The position numbers and the translations under genes were made by a program. From NCBI GenBank assembly GCA_964291675.2, contig OZ219865.1, forward strand, positions 736,001-800,000: a stretch of DNA of 64,000 bases, in the 5' to 3' direction. The notes under the pieces are model-generated. The model worked only from the letters and a program-made list of their open reading frames with translations. It had not been told where the DNA came from and did not search any database. Source of the DNA: Alphaproteobacteria bacterium. Lineage in GTDB: Bacteria; Pseudomonadota; Alphaproteobacteria; MPNO01. Positions 46,694-56,853 of this stretch are shown here, one piece after another (positions within the stretch are counted from its first letter, which is position 1; each line of letters starts with the position of its first letter).

Positions 46694-49054
46694 ATGGGCG
46701 AGTTCGCGCTCGGCCAGCCCGTGCCGCGGCTCGAGGACCCGGCGCTGCTGACCGGGCGCGGCCTGTTCGCCGACGACGCGGGGGTGGATTTTTCGGGCGC
46801 GCTGCACGGCTACGTGCTGCGCGCGCCGCACGCCAACGCCCGCTTCGGCCCGATCGACGCGTCCGCCGCCCGCGCGATGCCGGGCATCGCCGCCGTGCTG
46901 ACGGCGGACGACTACATCGCCGAGGGTCTCGGCCCGATCCCGCATATCGGACCGCCGGTGAAGCGCCGCGGCGGCGGGGAGCCGGCGAGCCCGCCCTACT
47001 ACCCGCTCGCCGCCGGCCATGCCCGCCATGTCGGCGAGGGCGTCGCCTTCGTGGTCGCCGACAGCATCGACCGCGCGAAGGACGCCGCCGAACGGATCGC
47101 CGTCGACTACGAGCCCCTGCCCACGGTCACCGAGACCGCGGCGCTGCTGGCGGACGGGGCGCCCGCGGTGTTCGAGGGCTGCCCGGACAACGAGTGCTTC
47201 CTGCACGAGGTGGGCGACCGCGCGGCGACGGACGCCGCCTTCGCGGCCGCCGACCGCGTGGTTCGCCGGCGCTTCGTGCTCAGCCGGGTGCTCGCCAACG
47301 CGCTGGAGCCGCGCGGCTGCGTGGCGGCCTACGACACCAGGGCCGGGCGGTTCTACCTGCGCGCGCCGGTGCAGCACCCCTTCGTCGTGCGCGGCGTGCT
47401 CGCCAACCGCATATTCGGCGTCGACGAGCGCGATTTCCATGTCGAGGTCGACGATGTCGGGGGCAGCTTCGGCAACAAGGCCAATGTCTATCCCGAATAT
47501 TTGCTGGCGCTGTGGGCGGCGCGCCGCCTCGGCTGCGCCATACGCTGGACCGGCGAACGCTCGGACGGGCATCTGAGCGACTATCACGGGCGCGACAACG
47601 TCACCGACGCCGAGCTCGCGCTGGACGCCGGGGGCCGCTTCACCGGGCTTCGCGTCAAGAGCACGGTCAATCTCGGCGCCTATCTCTCGCCGCTCGGCGC
47701 CGGCCCGGCGGTCAATAATCTGGGCTCGCTCGCCGGGGTCTATCGCACCCCCGCGGCCCATGTCGAGGTGCGCGGCGCGCTCGGCAACTGCCAGCCGACG
47801 GCGCCCTATCGCGGCGCCGGCCGGCCGGAAGCCGCCTTCGTCATCGAGCGGCTGATCGACGCCGCCGCGGACGATCTCGCCATCGACCGGATCGAGCTGC
47901 GCCGCCGCAACATGATCGGGCGCGGCGAGTTCCCCTTCGCCACCCCGCTCGGCTTCGTCTACGACTGCGGCGATTTCGAGACCGTGATGGACCGCGCGCT
48001 GGTGCTCGCCGGGGCCGGCGGCTTCGAGGACCGGCGGCGGGATGCGGCCCGCGACGGCAGGCTGCTCGGGCTCGGCGTCGCCAACGCCATCGAGCGCGCC
48101 GCGCCGCCCGGGCTGGAATACGCGGAGATCCGCTTCGCGCCGTCGGGGCGCGCCACCGTGCTGTGCGGCGCGACCGCCCAGGGCCAGGGCCACGCCACCG
48201 CCTTCGCCCAGCTCCTCGGCGACCGGCTCGGCCTCGCAGCCGAAGAGATCCGCTTCGTCCAGGGCGACACCGACCGCCTCGCCTTCGGCATGGGCGCCGG
48301 CGGGTCCCGGGTATCGGCGATGGGCTGCGCGGCGCTGCTGATCGCGGCCGACAAGGTGGTCGAGAAGGGCAGGCGAATCGCCGCGCATCTGCTGGAAGCC
48401 GCCGAGGACGACATCGAGTTCGCCGACGGGCGCTTCTCCATCGCCGGCACCGACCGGGGCGCGAGTCTCGGCGAGGTCGCGCAGGCCGCCTTCCAGCCGG
48501 CACGCCTCCCGCCCGACATCGAGCCCGGGCTGATCGAGAGCGGGACGTATCGCTCCAAGGTCGCGAGCTATCCCAACGGGTGCCATGTCTGCGAGGTCGA
48601 GATCGACCGCGAGACCGGCGTCGCCCGCATCCTCCGCTACGTGGTGGTCGACGATTTCGGCACCGTGATCAACCCGCTGCTGGTCAAGGGCCAGGTGCAT
48701 GGCGGCGTCGCCCAGGGGGCCGGCCAGGCGCTGATGGAACGCATGGTCTACGACCGGGACAGCGGGCAGATGATGGCGGGCTCGCTGATGGACTACGCGA
48801 TGCCGCGCAGCGACGATTTCTGCTCCTTCGAGGTCGAGAGCCACCCGGTGCCGACCTCCGTCAACCCGCTCGGCGTCAAGGGCGCCGGCGAGGCCGGCAC
48901 CGTCGGCGCCCTGCCGGCGGTGATCGGCGCGGTCAACGACGCCCTCGCCCCGCTCGGCATAGGCGACGTCGACATGCCGGCCACGCCGGAGCGGCTGTGG
49001 CGGGCGATAAGGCGGGCGTCCCTCGATACGGCGCTTCGCGCCTACTCGGGATGA
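46694..49054 (+). CDS. Xanthine dehydrogenase family molybdopterin-binding large subunit (CoxL-like)
   Basis: RLEDPALLTG, DVGGSFG, PYRGAGRPEA, QGQGH, GQVHGGVAQG, KGAGE. Confidence 0.92.
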   Translation: MGEFALGQPVPRLEDPALLTGRGLFADDAGVDFSGALHGYVLRAPHANARFGPIDASAARAMPGIAAVLTADDYIAEGLGPIPHIGPPVKRRGGGEPASPPYYPLAAGHARHVGEGVAFVVADSIDRAKDAAERIAVDYEPLPTVTETAALLADGAPAVFEGCPDNECFLHEVGDRAATDAAFAAADRVVRRRFVLSRVLANALEPRGCVAAYDTRAGRFYLRAPVQHPFVVRGVLANRIFGVDERDFHVEVDDVGGSFGNKANVYPEYLLALWAARRLGCAIRWTGERSDGHLSDYHGRDNVTDAELALDAGGRFTGLRVKSTVNLGAYLSPLGAGPAVNNLGSLAGVYRTPAAHVEVRGALGNCQPTAPYRGAGRPEAAFVIERLIDAAADDLAIDRIELRRRNMIGRGEFPFATPLGFVYDCGDFETVMDRALVLAGAGGFEDRRRDAARDGRLLGLGVANAIERAAPPGLEYAEIRFAPSGRATVLCGATAQGQGHATAFAQLLGDRLGLAAEEIRFVQGDTDRLAFGMGAGGSRVSAMGCAALLIAADKVVEKGRRIAAHLLEAAEDDIEFADGRFSIAGTDRGASLGEVAQAAFQPARLPPDIEPGLIESGTYRSKVASYPNGCHVCEVEIDRETGVARILRYVVVDDFGTVINPLLVKGQVHGGVAQGAGQALMERMVYDRDSGQMMAGSLMDYAMPRSDDFCSFEVESHPVPTSVNPLGVKGAGEAGTVGALPAVIGAVNDALAPLGIGDVDMPATPERLWRAIRRASLDTALRAYSG

Positions 49055-49196
49055 GGGTGGAAAAAAGTCCTCATCCTGAGTAGCCCGCCGGAGGCGGGCG
49101 TATCGAAGGACGCGCCTACTCGGGACGAGGTTGGGGGGTTGGACGCTCATCCATCCCCTCATCCTGAGTAGCGGCGAAGCCGCGTATCGAAGAACG
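49021..49196. repeat. REP-like repeat cluster (four alternating units)
   Basis: Units at 49021-49056, 49069-49113, 49115-49130 (partial) and 49157-49196. 49069-49113 is the exact 45-bp reverse complement of 3936-3980. Confidence 0.9.
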
Positions 49197-49216
49197 GCAG
49201 GCGAAGCCCCGCCGGC

Positions 49217-49855
49217 TCAGTACAGCCTGGTCTCGTAGCTCTCTTTGATCCGCGCCTCGATCTCCTCCAGCGGGGTGTCGGTCTCGCGCTGGTCCCTGGT
49301 GATCTGGGCGAGCGTCGGAAACGCGCGGCGTTCGATGCGGGTATCGGGGTCCCACAGCCGGGCCCGCTTGAGCGCCTTGGCGCAGTGGAAGAACACCTCG
49401 TCGATCTCGACCAGGATGCCGAGCTCGGGCACCTTGCCGCGCACCGCCATGTCGGCCAGCGCAGCGGGGTCGTCGACCACCCGCGCGCGGCCCGAGGCGC
49501 GCAGCGTCTCCTCCACGCCGGGCAGAAGGAAGATCAGCGCGACCGAGTGCCCCGGATTCTCGACGATGTTGGACATCGTGTCGGCGCGCCGGTTGCCCGG
49601 GCGTTCGGGGATCAGGATGGTGCGGTCGTCGATCACCTTGACGAACCCGGCCGGATCGCCGCGCGGGCTGATATCGGCGCGCCCGTCGACGCCCACGGTC
49701 GAGATGAACAGGATCGGCGAGAGCGAGAGGAAGTGCCGCGCGTGCCTGTCGAGCAACGGCATCTCCTTCTCGGCGATCGAGGCGGTCGGCTCGCCGACTG
49801 CCTCGCGCAGCGCGTCATAGGCTTCGATCGAGCTCAGCCCGGCGTCATCCGTCAT
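49217..49855 (-). CDS. Pyridoxamine 5'-phosphate oxidase-like FMN-binding protein (MSMEG_1061 type)
   Basis: DISPRGDPAGFV, PERPGNRRAD, PGVEETLR, FFHCAKALKRARLW. Confidence 0.87.
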   Translation of the reverse strand: MTDDAGLSSIEAYDALREAVGEPTASIAEKEMPLLDRHARHFLSLSPILFISTVGVDGRADISPRGDPAGFVKVIDDRTILIPERPGNRRADTMSNIVENPGHSVALIFLLPGVEETLRASGRARVVDDPAALADMAVRGKVPELGILVEIDEVFFHCAKALKRARLWDPDTRIERRAFPTLAQITRDQRETDTPLEEIEARIKESYETRLY

Positions 49856-49948
49856 CGTCCCGCTCCCGAAATTTCCCGGACTGTCGCGCGGGCGGGGCGC
49901 CGATGCAAGAGCTTGACGATGCGCCGCGCGATGTGGGACGGAAACGCC

Positions 49949-51484
49949 ATGAACCTCGCGCAGCTCCTCGCCAGGTCCGCCCGCGCCTGGTCGGACCGCA
50001 TTGCGGTCGCCCTCGGCGGCGACCCGGTGCTGTCCTATCGCGCCCTCGCCGACAGGGCCGCGCGCATCGCCGCCGGCTTGCGCGACATCCACGGCCTCCG
50101 CCCGGGCGACCGGGTCGCGCTGGCGATGACCAACACGCCCGACTACCTGGAAGCGCTGTTCGCGGCCTGGCATGGCGGATTCGCGGCCGTGCCGATCAAC
50201 GCCAAGCTGCACCCGCGCGAGTTCGCCTACATCCTCGGCGATTCGGGCGCCAGGGTCTGCATCGCGACCGAGGACGTCGCCGAGGCGATCGCCGGCATCG
50301 CCGACGACCTGCCCGATCTCGGAGCGGCGATCGCGGCGGGCTCGCGGGATTACGCCCGGCTCCGCGCCGCCGAGCCCGGCCCGATGGCGGAAATTTCACC
50401 CGACGACCTCGCCTGGCTGTTCTACACCTCGGGCACCACGGGACGACCCAAGGGCGCGATGCTGAGCCACCGCAACCTGCTGGTCATGACCCTCAGCTAC
50501 TTCGCCGATGTCGACCAGGTGGGGGCGGACAGCGCCATCGTCCACGCCGCGCCGATGTCGCACGGCTCCGGCATGTACCTGCTGCCGCATATCGCCAAGG
50601 GCGGGTGCCAGGTAATCCCCGAGAGCCGGGGCTTTGGCGGCGACGAGTTTCTTGCCCTGCTCCCGTTCCACCGCAACGTCACGGCGTTCTTCGCGCCGAC
50701 CATGGTGACCCGGCTGGTCAACGCGCCGTCGCTCGGCGCGGCCGACCTCTCGAACCTGCGCACCATCGTCTATGGCGGCGGGCCGATGTACGCCGAGGAC
50801 TGCCTGCGCGCGCTCGATGCGCTGGGGCCGTGCCTGGTGCAGATCTACGGCCAGGGCGAATCGCCGATGACCATCACCGGGCTGTCGCGCGCCGCCCATC
50901 TCGACCGCGAGCATCCGCGCTACATGGAGCGCCTCGGCTCGGTCGGGATCGCGCGCACCGATGTCGAGGTCCGGGTGTGCGACGGCGACGACGCGGATGT
51001 GGCGCCGGGCGAGGTCGGCGAGGTGCTGGTGCGCGGCGACGTGGTGATGACCGGCTACTGGCGCAACCCGGAGGCCACCGCCGAGGCGCTGCGGGGCGGC
51101 TGGCTGCATACCGGCGACATGGGCGCGTTCGACGAGGACGGCTATCTGACGCTGAAGGACCGCTCCAAGGACCTGATCATCTCGGGCGGCTCCAACATCT
51201 ACCCGCGCGAGGTGGAAGAGGTTCTGCTCCGGCATCCCGGGGTGCTGGAGGTCTCGGTGATCGGCCGCCCGCATGACGACATGGGCGAGCAGGTGGTCGC
51301 CTATGTGGTCCCGCGCGCGGGCGCGGCGCCGGAGGCGGCGGCGCTCGATGCGCTCTGCATCGAGAACATGGCCCGCTTCAAGCGCCCGCGCGCCTACCGC
51401 TTCATCGACGCGCTGCCCAAGAACAACTACGGCAAGGTGCTCAAGACCGAGCTGCGCAAGACCGAGGCGGACGCCGAGACCTAG
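49949..51484 (+). CDS. Acyl-CoA synthetase (AMP-binding)
   Basis: YTSGTTGRPKG, YGQGE, LHTGD, DRSKD, LPKNNYGK. Confidence 0.93.
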   Translation: MNLAQLLARSARAWSDRIAVALGGDPVLSYRALADRAARIAAGLRDIHGLRPGDRVALAMTNTPDYLEALFAAWHGGFAAVPINAKLHPREFAYILGDSGARVCIATEDVAEAIAGIADDLPDLGAAIAAGSRDYARLRAAEPGPMAEISPDDLAWLFYTSGTTGRPKGAMLSHRNLLVMTLSYFADVDQVGADSAIVHAAPMSHGSGMYLLPHIAKGGCQVIPESRGFGGDEFLALLPFHRNVTAFFAPTMVTRLVNAPSLGAADLSNLRTIVYGGGPMYAEDCLRALDALGPCLVQIYGQGESPMTITGLSRAAHLDREHPRYMERLGSVGIARTDVEVRVCDGDDADVAPGEVGEVLVRGDVVMTGYWRNPEATAEALRGGWLHTGDMGAFDEDGYLTLKDRSKDLIISGGSNIYPREVEEVLLRHPGVLEVSVIGRPHDDMGEQVVAYVVPRAGAAPEAAALDALCIENMARFKRPRAYRFIDALPKNNYGKVLKTELRKTEADAET

Positions 51485-52407
51485 CCCCCCGCCCGCGCGC
51501 CGGCCGCAATGCCGGCCTCCGCCGCGTAGGCCCCGGCGGCGACCTTGCCGCCGCCCTCGGGACGCGCGCGGCCGACCGAGACGTGGCCGCCCCCGGCCGC
51601 GATGACCAGCCCGCCCTCGCCCGCCGCGACGATCTCGCCGGGCGCGCCGCCCGCCCCGTCGACGCGCCGCGACTCGAAGAGCTGGACGGTGGTGCCGCCG
51701 ATCGCGGTCCACGCGCCGGGGGCCGGGTCGGCGCCGCGGATCAGGTTGTGCACCTCCGCGGCCGGCTTCGTCCAGTCGATCTCCACGTCCGCCTTGCGGC
51801 ACCAGCTCTCATAGGTCGCCCGGCTCTCGTCCTGCACGATCCTGGGCGCGCTGCCGTCCCGCACCAGGTCGACGCTCTCGATCATCGCCTCGACGCCGAG
51901 CGGGAACAGCTTGTCGAAATAGACCGTCCCCAGCGTGTCGTTCTCCAGGATGTCGACCTCCTTCTGCATCAGGATCGGGCCGGTATCGAGGCCGTTGTCG
52001 GGCCAGAAGATGGAGAGCCCGGTCCGGGTCGCGCCCTGGATGATCGGCCAGTTGATCGAGCTCGGCCCGCGATGCAGGGGGAGCAGCGAGGGGTGGTACT
52101 GGATCGTGCCCTTGCCCGGGATGTGGAGGAAGTCCTCGGGCACGAACAGCGTCACGAAGGCCATCACCCCGAGATCGGGCTTCAGCGCCCGGTACGCGTC
52201 CCATACGGCGGGCTCCTTGTAGGAGGGCGGCTGCAACAGCTCGATCCCCTTCTCCAGCGCGGCTTCCTTCAGAGGGTCGGGGCGCCTTCCCTCCCGGTCG
52301 GGCGCGCAATAGACCGCGATCACCTCCTCGCCGCGTTCGAGCAGCGCCTCCAGCACCGCCTTCCCGAACGCCTGCTGTCCGATCAGGGCTATGCGCATAG
52401 CGGCCAT
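51481..52407 (-). CDS. Formyltransferase family protein resembling the N-terminal hydrolase domain of 10-formyl-THF dehydrogenase
   Basis: IALIGQQAFG, YHPSLLPLHRG, SIFWPDNGLDTG, LIRGADPAPGAW. Start is 52407 or 52398. Confidence 0.85.
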   Translation of the reverse strand: MAAMRIALIGQQAFGKAVLEALLERGEEVIAVYCAPDREGRRPDPLKEAALEKGIELLQPPSYKEPAVWDAYRALKPDLGVMAFVTLFVPEDFLHIPGKGTIQYHPSLLPLHRGPSSINWPIIQGATRTGLSIFWPDNGLDTGPILMQKEVDILENDTLGTVYFDKLFPLGVEAMIESVDLVRDGSAPRIVQDESRATYESWCRKADVEIDWTKPAAEVHNLIRGADPAPGAWTAIGGTTVQLFESRRVDGAGGAPGEIVAAGEGGLVIAAGGGHVSVGRARPEGGGKVAAGAYAAEAGIAAGARAGG

Positions 52408-52530
52408 CCTTCTTCCGTCTCCGAGGCGGGCCAGACCATAGCCCGGGGCCCGCGCCCGTCCAACTCCGGGGGTCGCGCCGCACGTCGTTCTGACTTAGTG
52501 TGCGGCCGCCTCCATGAACGGGGAAAGTGG

Positions 52531-53808
<1,278 letters not shown>

Positions 53809-53835
53809 GCCGGCCGGGTCAAGGAAGGAGAACCG

Positions 53836-54834
53836 ATGAAGCTCGATGTCTTCAACCACGTCTTCCCCGAAATCTTCATCGAGACGCTGGAAGAGACCAT
53901 GCCCAGGCGCGCGGTCGCCCGCTGGCGCTCCATCGAGACGCTGTGGAACATGGACGCCAGGCTCAGGCTGCTCGACGAGTTCGGCGACTACCGGCAGATC
54001 GTCTCGATGTCGCAGCCGCCGATCGACGTGCTCGGCGGCCCCGACCGGACACCGGCGCTCGCGCGCATCGCCAATGACGGCATGGCGGCGATCTGCCGCG
54101 CCCATCCGGACCGCTTCCCGAGCTTCCTGCTGAGCCTGCCGATGAACAACCCCGACGCGGCGGTGAAGGAAGTCGACCGCGCGGTGACCGAGCTCGGCGC
54201 CTGCGCAGCCCAAATCCATTCCAACGTCAACGGGCGGGCGCTCGACGATCCCGCCTTCTTCCCGGTGTTCGAACGCCTGGAGCGGCTCGGCAAGCCGGTC
54301 TTCCTGCATCCCGCGCGGCCGATGTCGCACGCCGACTACGAGTCCGAGGAGGAGTCCAGATACGAGATCTTCTGGGGGCTCGGCTGGGCCTACGAGACCT
54401 CGGCGGCGATGGCGCGTATCGTGTTCTCCGGCATGTTCGACAAGCTCCCGAATCTCAAGGTGCTGGCGCATCACTGGGGCGCCTACATCCCCCACGCCGA
54501 AGGGCGTCTGCCGCACTGGGAGGGCCGGTCGTCGCAATCCGACCGGACCGATTACGGCCCGCTCAAGGACAGTTTGAAGCGCCCGGCGACCGAGTACTTC
54601 AAGATGTTCTACGCCGACACCGCGATGTTCGGCGCCCAGGCGGCGAGCCAGTGCGGGCTCGAATTCTTCGGCGCGGACCATTCGCTGTTCGCGTCCGACT
54701 GCCCGTTCGACGCGGAGGGCGGGCGCATCCTGATCCGCGACACCATCGCGGTAATGGACAGCCTGCGCTGCACCGAGCAAGAGCGCGAGGACATGTATCT
54801 CAACAACGCCCGCGCCTTTCTCGGGCTGGAATAG
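53836..54834 (+). CDS. Amidohydrolase-2 family, non-oxidative decarboxylase (ACMSD-like) type
   Basis: DVFNH, FLHP, GWAYETS, HHWG, SDCPF. Confidence 0.85.
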   Translation: MKLDVFNHVFPEIFIETLEETMPRRAVARWRSIETLWNMDARLRLLDEFGDYRQIVSMSQPPIDVLGGPDRTPALARIANDGMAAICRAHPDRFPSFLLSLPMNNPDAAVKEVDRAVTELGACAAQIHSNVNGRALDDPAFFPVFERLERLGKPVFLHPARPMSHADYESEEESRYEIFWGLGWAYETSAAMARIVFSGMFDKLPNLKVLAHHWGAYIPHAEGRLPHWEGRSSQSDRTDYGPLKDSLKRPATEYFKMFYADTAMFGAQAASQCGLEFFGADHSLFASDCPFDAEGGRILIRDTIAVMDSLRCTEQEREDMYLNNARAFLGLE

Positions 54835-54840
54835 CCCGCG

Positions 54841-56085
54841 GTGAGCCCGCCCCGCGACGTCATCGTCCTCGGCAGCGGCATCGTCGGGCTCTGCTCGGCG
54901 CTGTGCCTTCAGCGCGACGGGCACCGGGTGACCCTGATCGACCGGCTACCGCCGGGCGAGGGAACGTCCTACGGCAATGCCGGGCTGATCCAGGTCGACG
55001 CCGTCCTGCCGATCGCCACGCCCGGCATCCTGCGTCAGGTGCCGCGGATGCTGACCGACCCGGAGGGCCCGCTGGTGGTCCGCTGGCGCTACCTCCCGCG
55101 GCTCGCGCCCTGGCTGCTGCGTTTCGTCGCCGCGTCGCGGCCGGGCCGGGTAGAGTCGATCTCGGCCGCGCTCGCCGCCCTTCTCGCCCGCGCGCATGAG
55201 AGCTACCGCCCGCTGCTCGCGGCAGCCGACGCCGAGGATTTGTTCTCGCCGACCGGCGAGCTGTTCGTCTATCGCAACCCGGCGGCCTACGAAGCGGCGA
55301 AGCCCGACCACGACTACCGGCGCCGGTTCGGCATAACCCTGGAGGATCTGGGCCCCGCCGAGATGCGCCAGCTCGAACCGGCGCTCGGCCCCGACGTGCG
55401 GCACGGCGTGTTCTCGCCCGACTGCCTGCGCGTCGCCGACCCGCTGACCCTGTCGCAACGCCTGGCGGACGCCATCGCGCGCGGCGGCGGAACCATCCTG
55501 CGCGAGACCGTGACCGACATCGAGCGCGGGGCGGGCGGCCCGGCCGCGGTCGTCACCGACCGGGGCCGCCACGACGTGGACCGGCTGGTGATCGCCATGG
55601 GCGCGTTCTCGAAACGCTGGACGGCGAAGCTCGGCGTCCGCGTGCCGCTCGACACCGAGCGCGGCTACCACCTGATGCTGCCGAGGCCCGGTGTCGAGCT
55701 GCGCACCCCGTTGCTGGTCGGCGACCACCGCTTCGGGATCGTCCCGATGACCCACGGCGTCCGGCTCGCCGGCACCGCCGAGCTCGCGAGCCTCGATGCG
55801 CCGCCCGACTACCGGCGCTCGCGCATGCTGGGCCGGATGGCCCAAAAGATCGTCCCCGACCTCGTACTCGACGGCGCCGAGGAATGGATGGGCTACCGCC
55901 CCTCGATGCCGGACAGCCTGCCGGTGATCGGCCCGGCGCCGGGCTGCGACCGCGCTTTCCTGGCCTACGGCCACGGCCATCTCGGCCTGACGCTGGGCGC
56001 GGTCACCGGACGCCTTGTCGCCGACCTCGTCGCCGGCCGCGACGGCGGGATCGACCCCACCCCCTACCAGGCCGACCGGTTCTGA
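54841..56085 (+). CDS. FAD-dependent D-amino acid dehydrogenase family oxidoreductase
   Basis: GSGIVG, TSYGNAG, ERGYH, WMGYRPSMPD, GHGHLGLT. Confidence 0.9.
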   Translation: MSPPRDVIVLGSGIVGLCSALCLQRDGHRVTLIDRLPPGEGTSYGNAGLIQVDAVLPIATPGILRQVPRMLTDPEGPLVVRWRYLPRLAPWLLRFVAASRPGRVESISAALAALLARAHESYRPLLAAADAEDLFSPTGELFVYRNPAAYEAAKPDHDYRRRFGITLEDLGPAEMRQLEPALGPDVRHGVFSPDCLRVADPLTLSQRLADAIARGGGTILRETVTDIERGAGGPAAVVTDRGRHDVDRLVIAMGAFSKRWTAKLGVRVPLDTERGYHLMLPRPGVELRTPLLVGDHRFGIVPMTHGVRLAGTAELASLDAPPDYRRSRMLGRMAQKIVPDLVLDGAEEWMGYRPSMPDSLPVIGPAPGCDRAFLAYGHGHLGLTLGAVTGRLVADLVAGRDGGIDPTPYQADRF

Positions 56086-56095
56086 CCCGGAAAGC

Positions 56096-56842
56096 TCACG
56101 CGAAGCTGGCGCCGCCGTTGACGTTCATGATTTCGCCGGTGATGTAGCTCGCCCGGTCGGAGATCAGGAAGCGGGCGGCGTCGGCGATCTCCTCGGCCCG
56201 GCCCATCCGGCCGAGCGCGGCCGCGCTGCCGACATTGGCGCGGGCGTCCTCGGTATAGCCGGCCGTCATCGCGGTCTCCGTCGCGCCGGGGGCGATGGCG
56301 TTGACCCGGATCCCGTCGCCGCCGAGCGAGCGGGCGAGCGAGCGGGTGAGCGCGACGATCGCCGCCTTGGAGCTCGCATAGGCCGGCCCGCCCCTTCCGG
56401 CGCCGCCCACCCCGCCGATATGCACGATCCCCGACGTGGTGAGCACGATCGCCCCCCCGCCCCCGGCAATCATCGGCCTGGCGGCGGCCTGCGACATCAG
56501 GAACGAGCCGGTGACGTTGACCGCGAGCTCGCGGTTGAACTCATCGGCGTCGAGCTCGGACCAGGGCGTCGTCGAATGGATCGCGGCGAAGTGGACCATC
56601 GCGTCGAGCCCGCCGAACCGGTCGACGGCGGCGGCGACCGCTGCTTCGCAGTCCGCCGGCTGGGAGACATCGCCGGCGAAGGGGACGAGGGAATTTCCCG
56701 CCCCGGGATGCGCGGCCTCCAGCGCCTCGACGCCGAGATCGAGCGCCAGCACGAGATGCCCCTCGGCGGCGAGGTCGCGCGCGCAGGCCTGTCCGATACC
56801 GCTCGCGGCGCCGGTGACGATCACGTTCTTCGGTTCGCTCAT
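56096..56842 (-). CDS. Short-chain dehydrogenase/reductase
   Basis: TGAASGIG, YASSK, NAIAPG, NVNGG. Confidence 0.92.
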   Translation of the reverse strand: MSEPKNVIVTGAASGIGQACARDLAAEGHLVLALDLGVEALEAAHPGAGNSLVPFAGDVSQPADCEAAVAAAVDRFGGLDAMVHFAAIHSTTPWSELDADEFNRELAVNVTGSFLMSQAAARPMIAGGGGAIVLTTSGIVHIGGVGGAGRGGPAYASSKAAIVALTRSLARSLGGDGIRVNAIAPGATETAMTAGYTEDARANVGSAAALGRMGRAEEIADAARFLISDRASYITGEIMNVNGGASFA

Positions 56843-56853
56843 CGCGACCCTCC

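Noticed and set aside
46694-49054. Aerobic CO dehydrogenase (form I coxL)
   Set aside because: Lacks the AYxCSFR loop, and there are no coxM, coxS or accessory genes nearby.
51481-52407. Housekeeping fmt
   Set aside because: N-terminal and HPSLLP-region motifs fit the FDH-hydrolase-like branch and there is no adjacent def, so the symbol is withheld.
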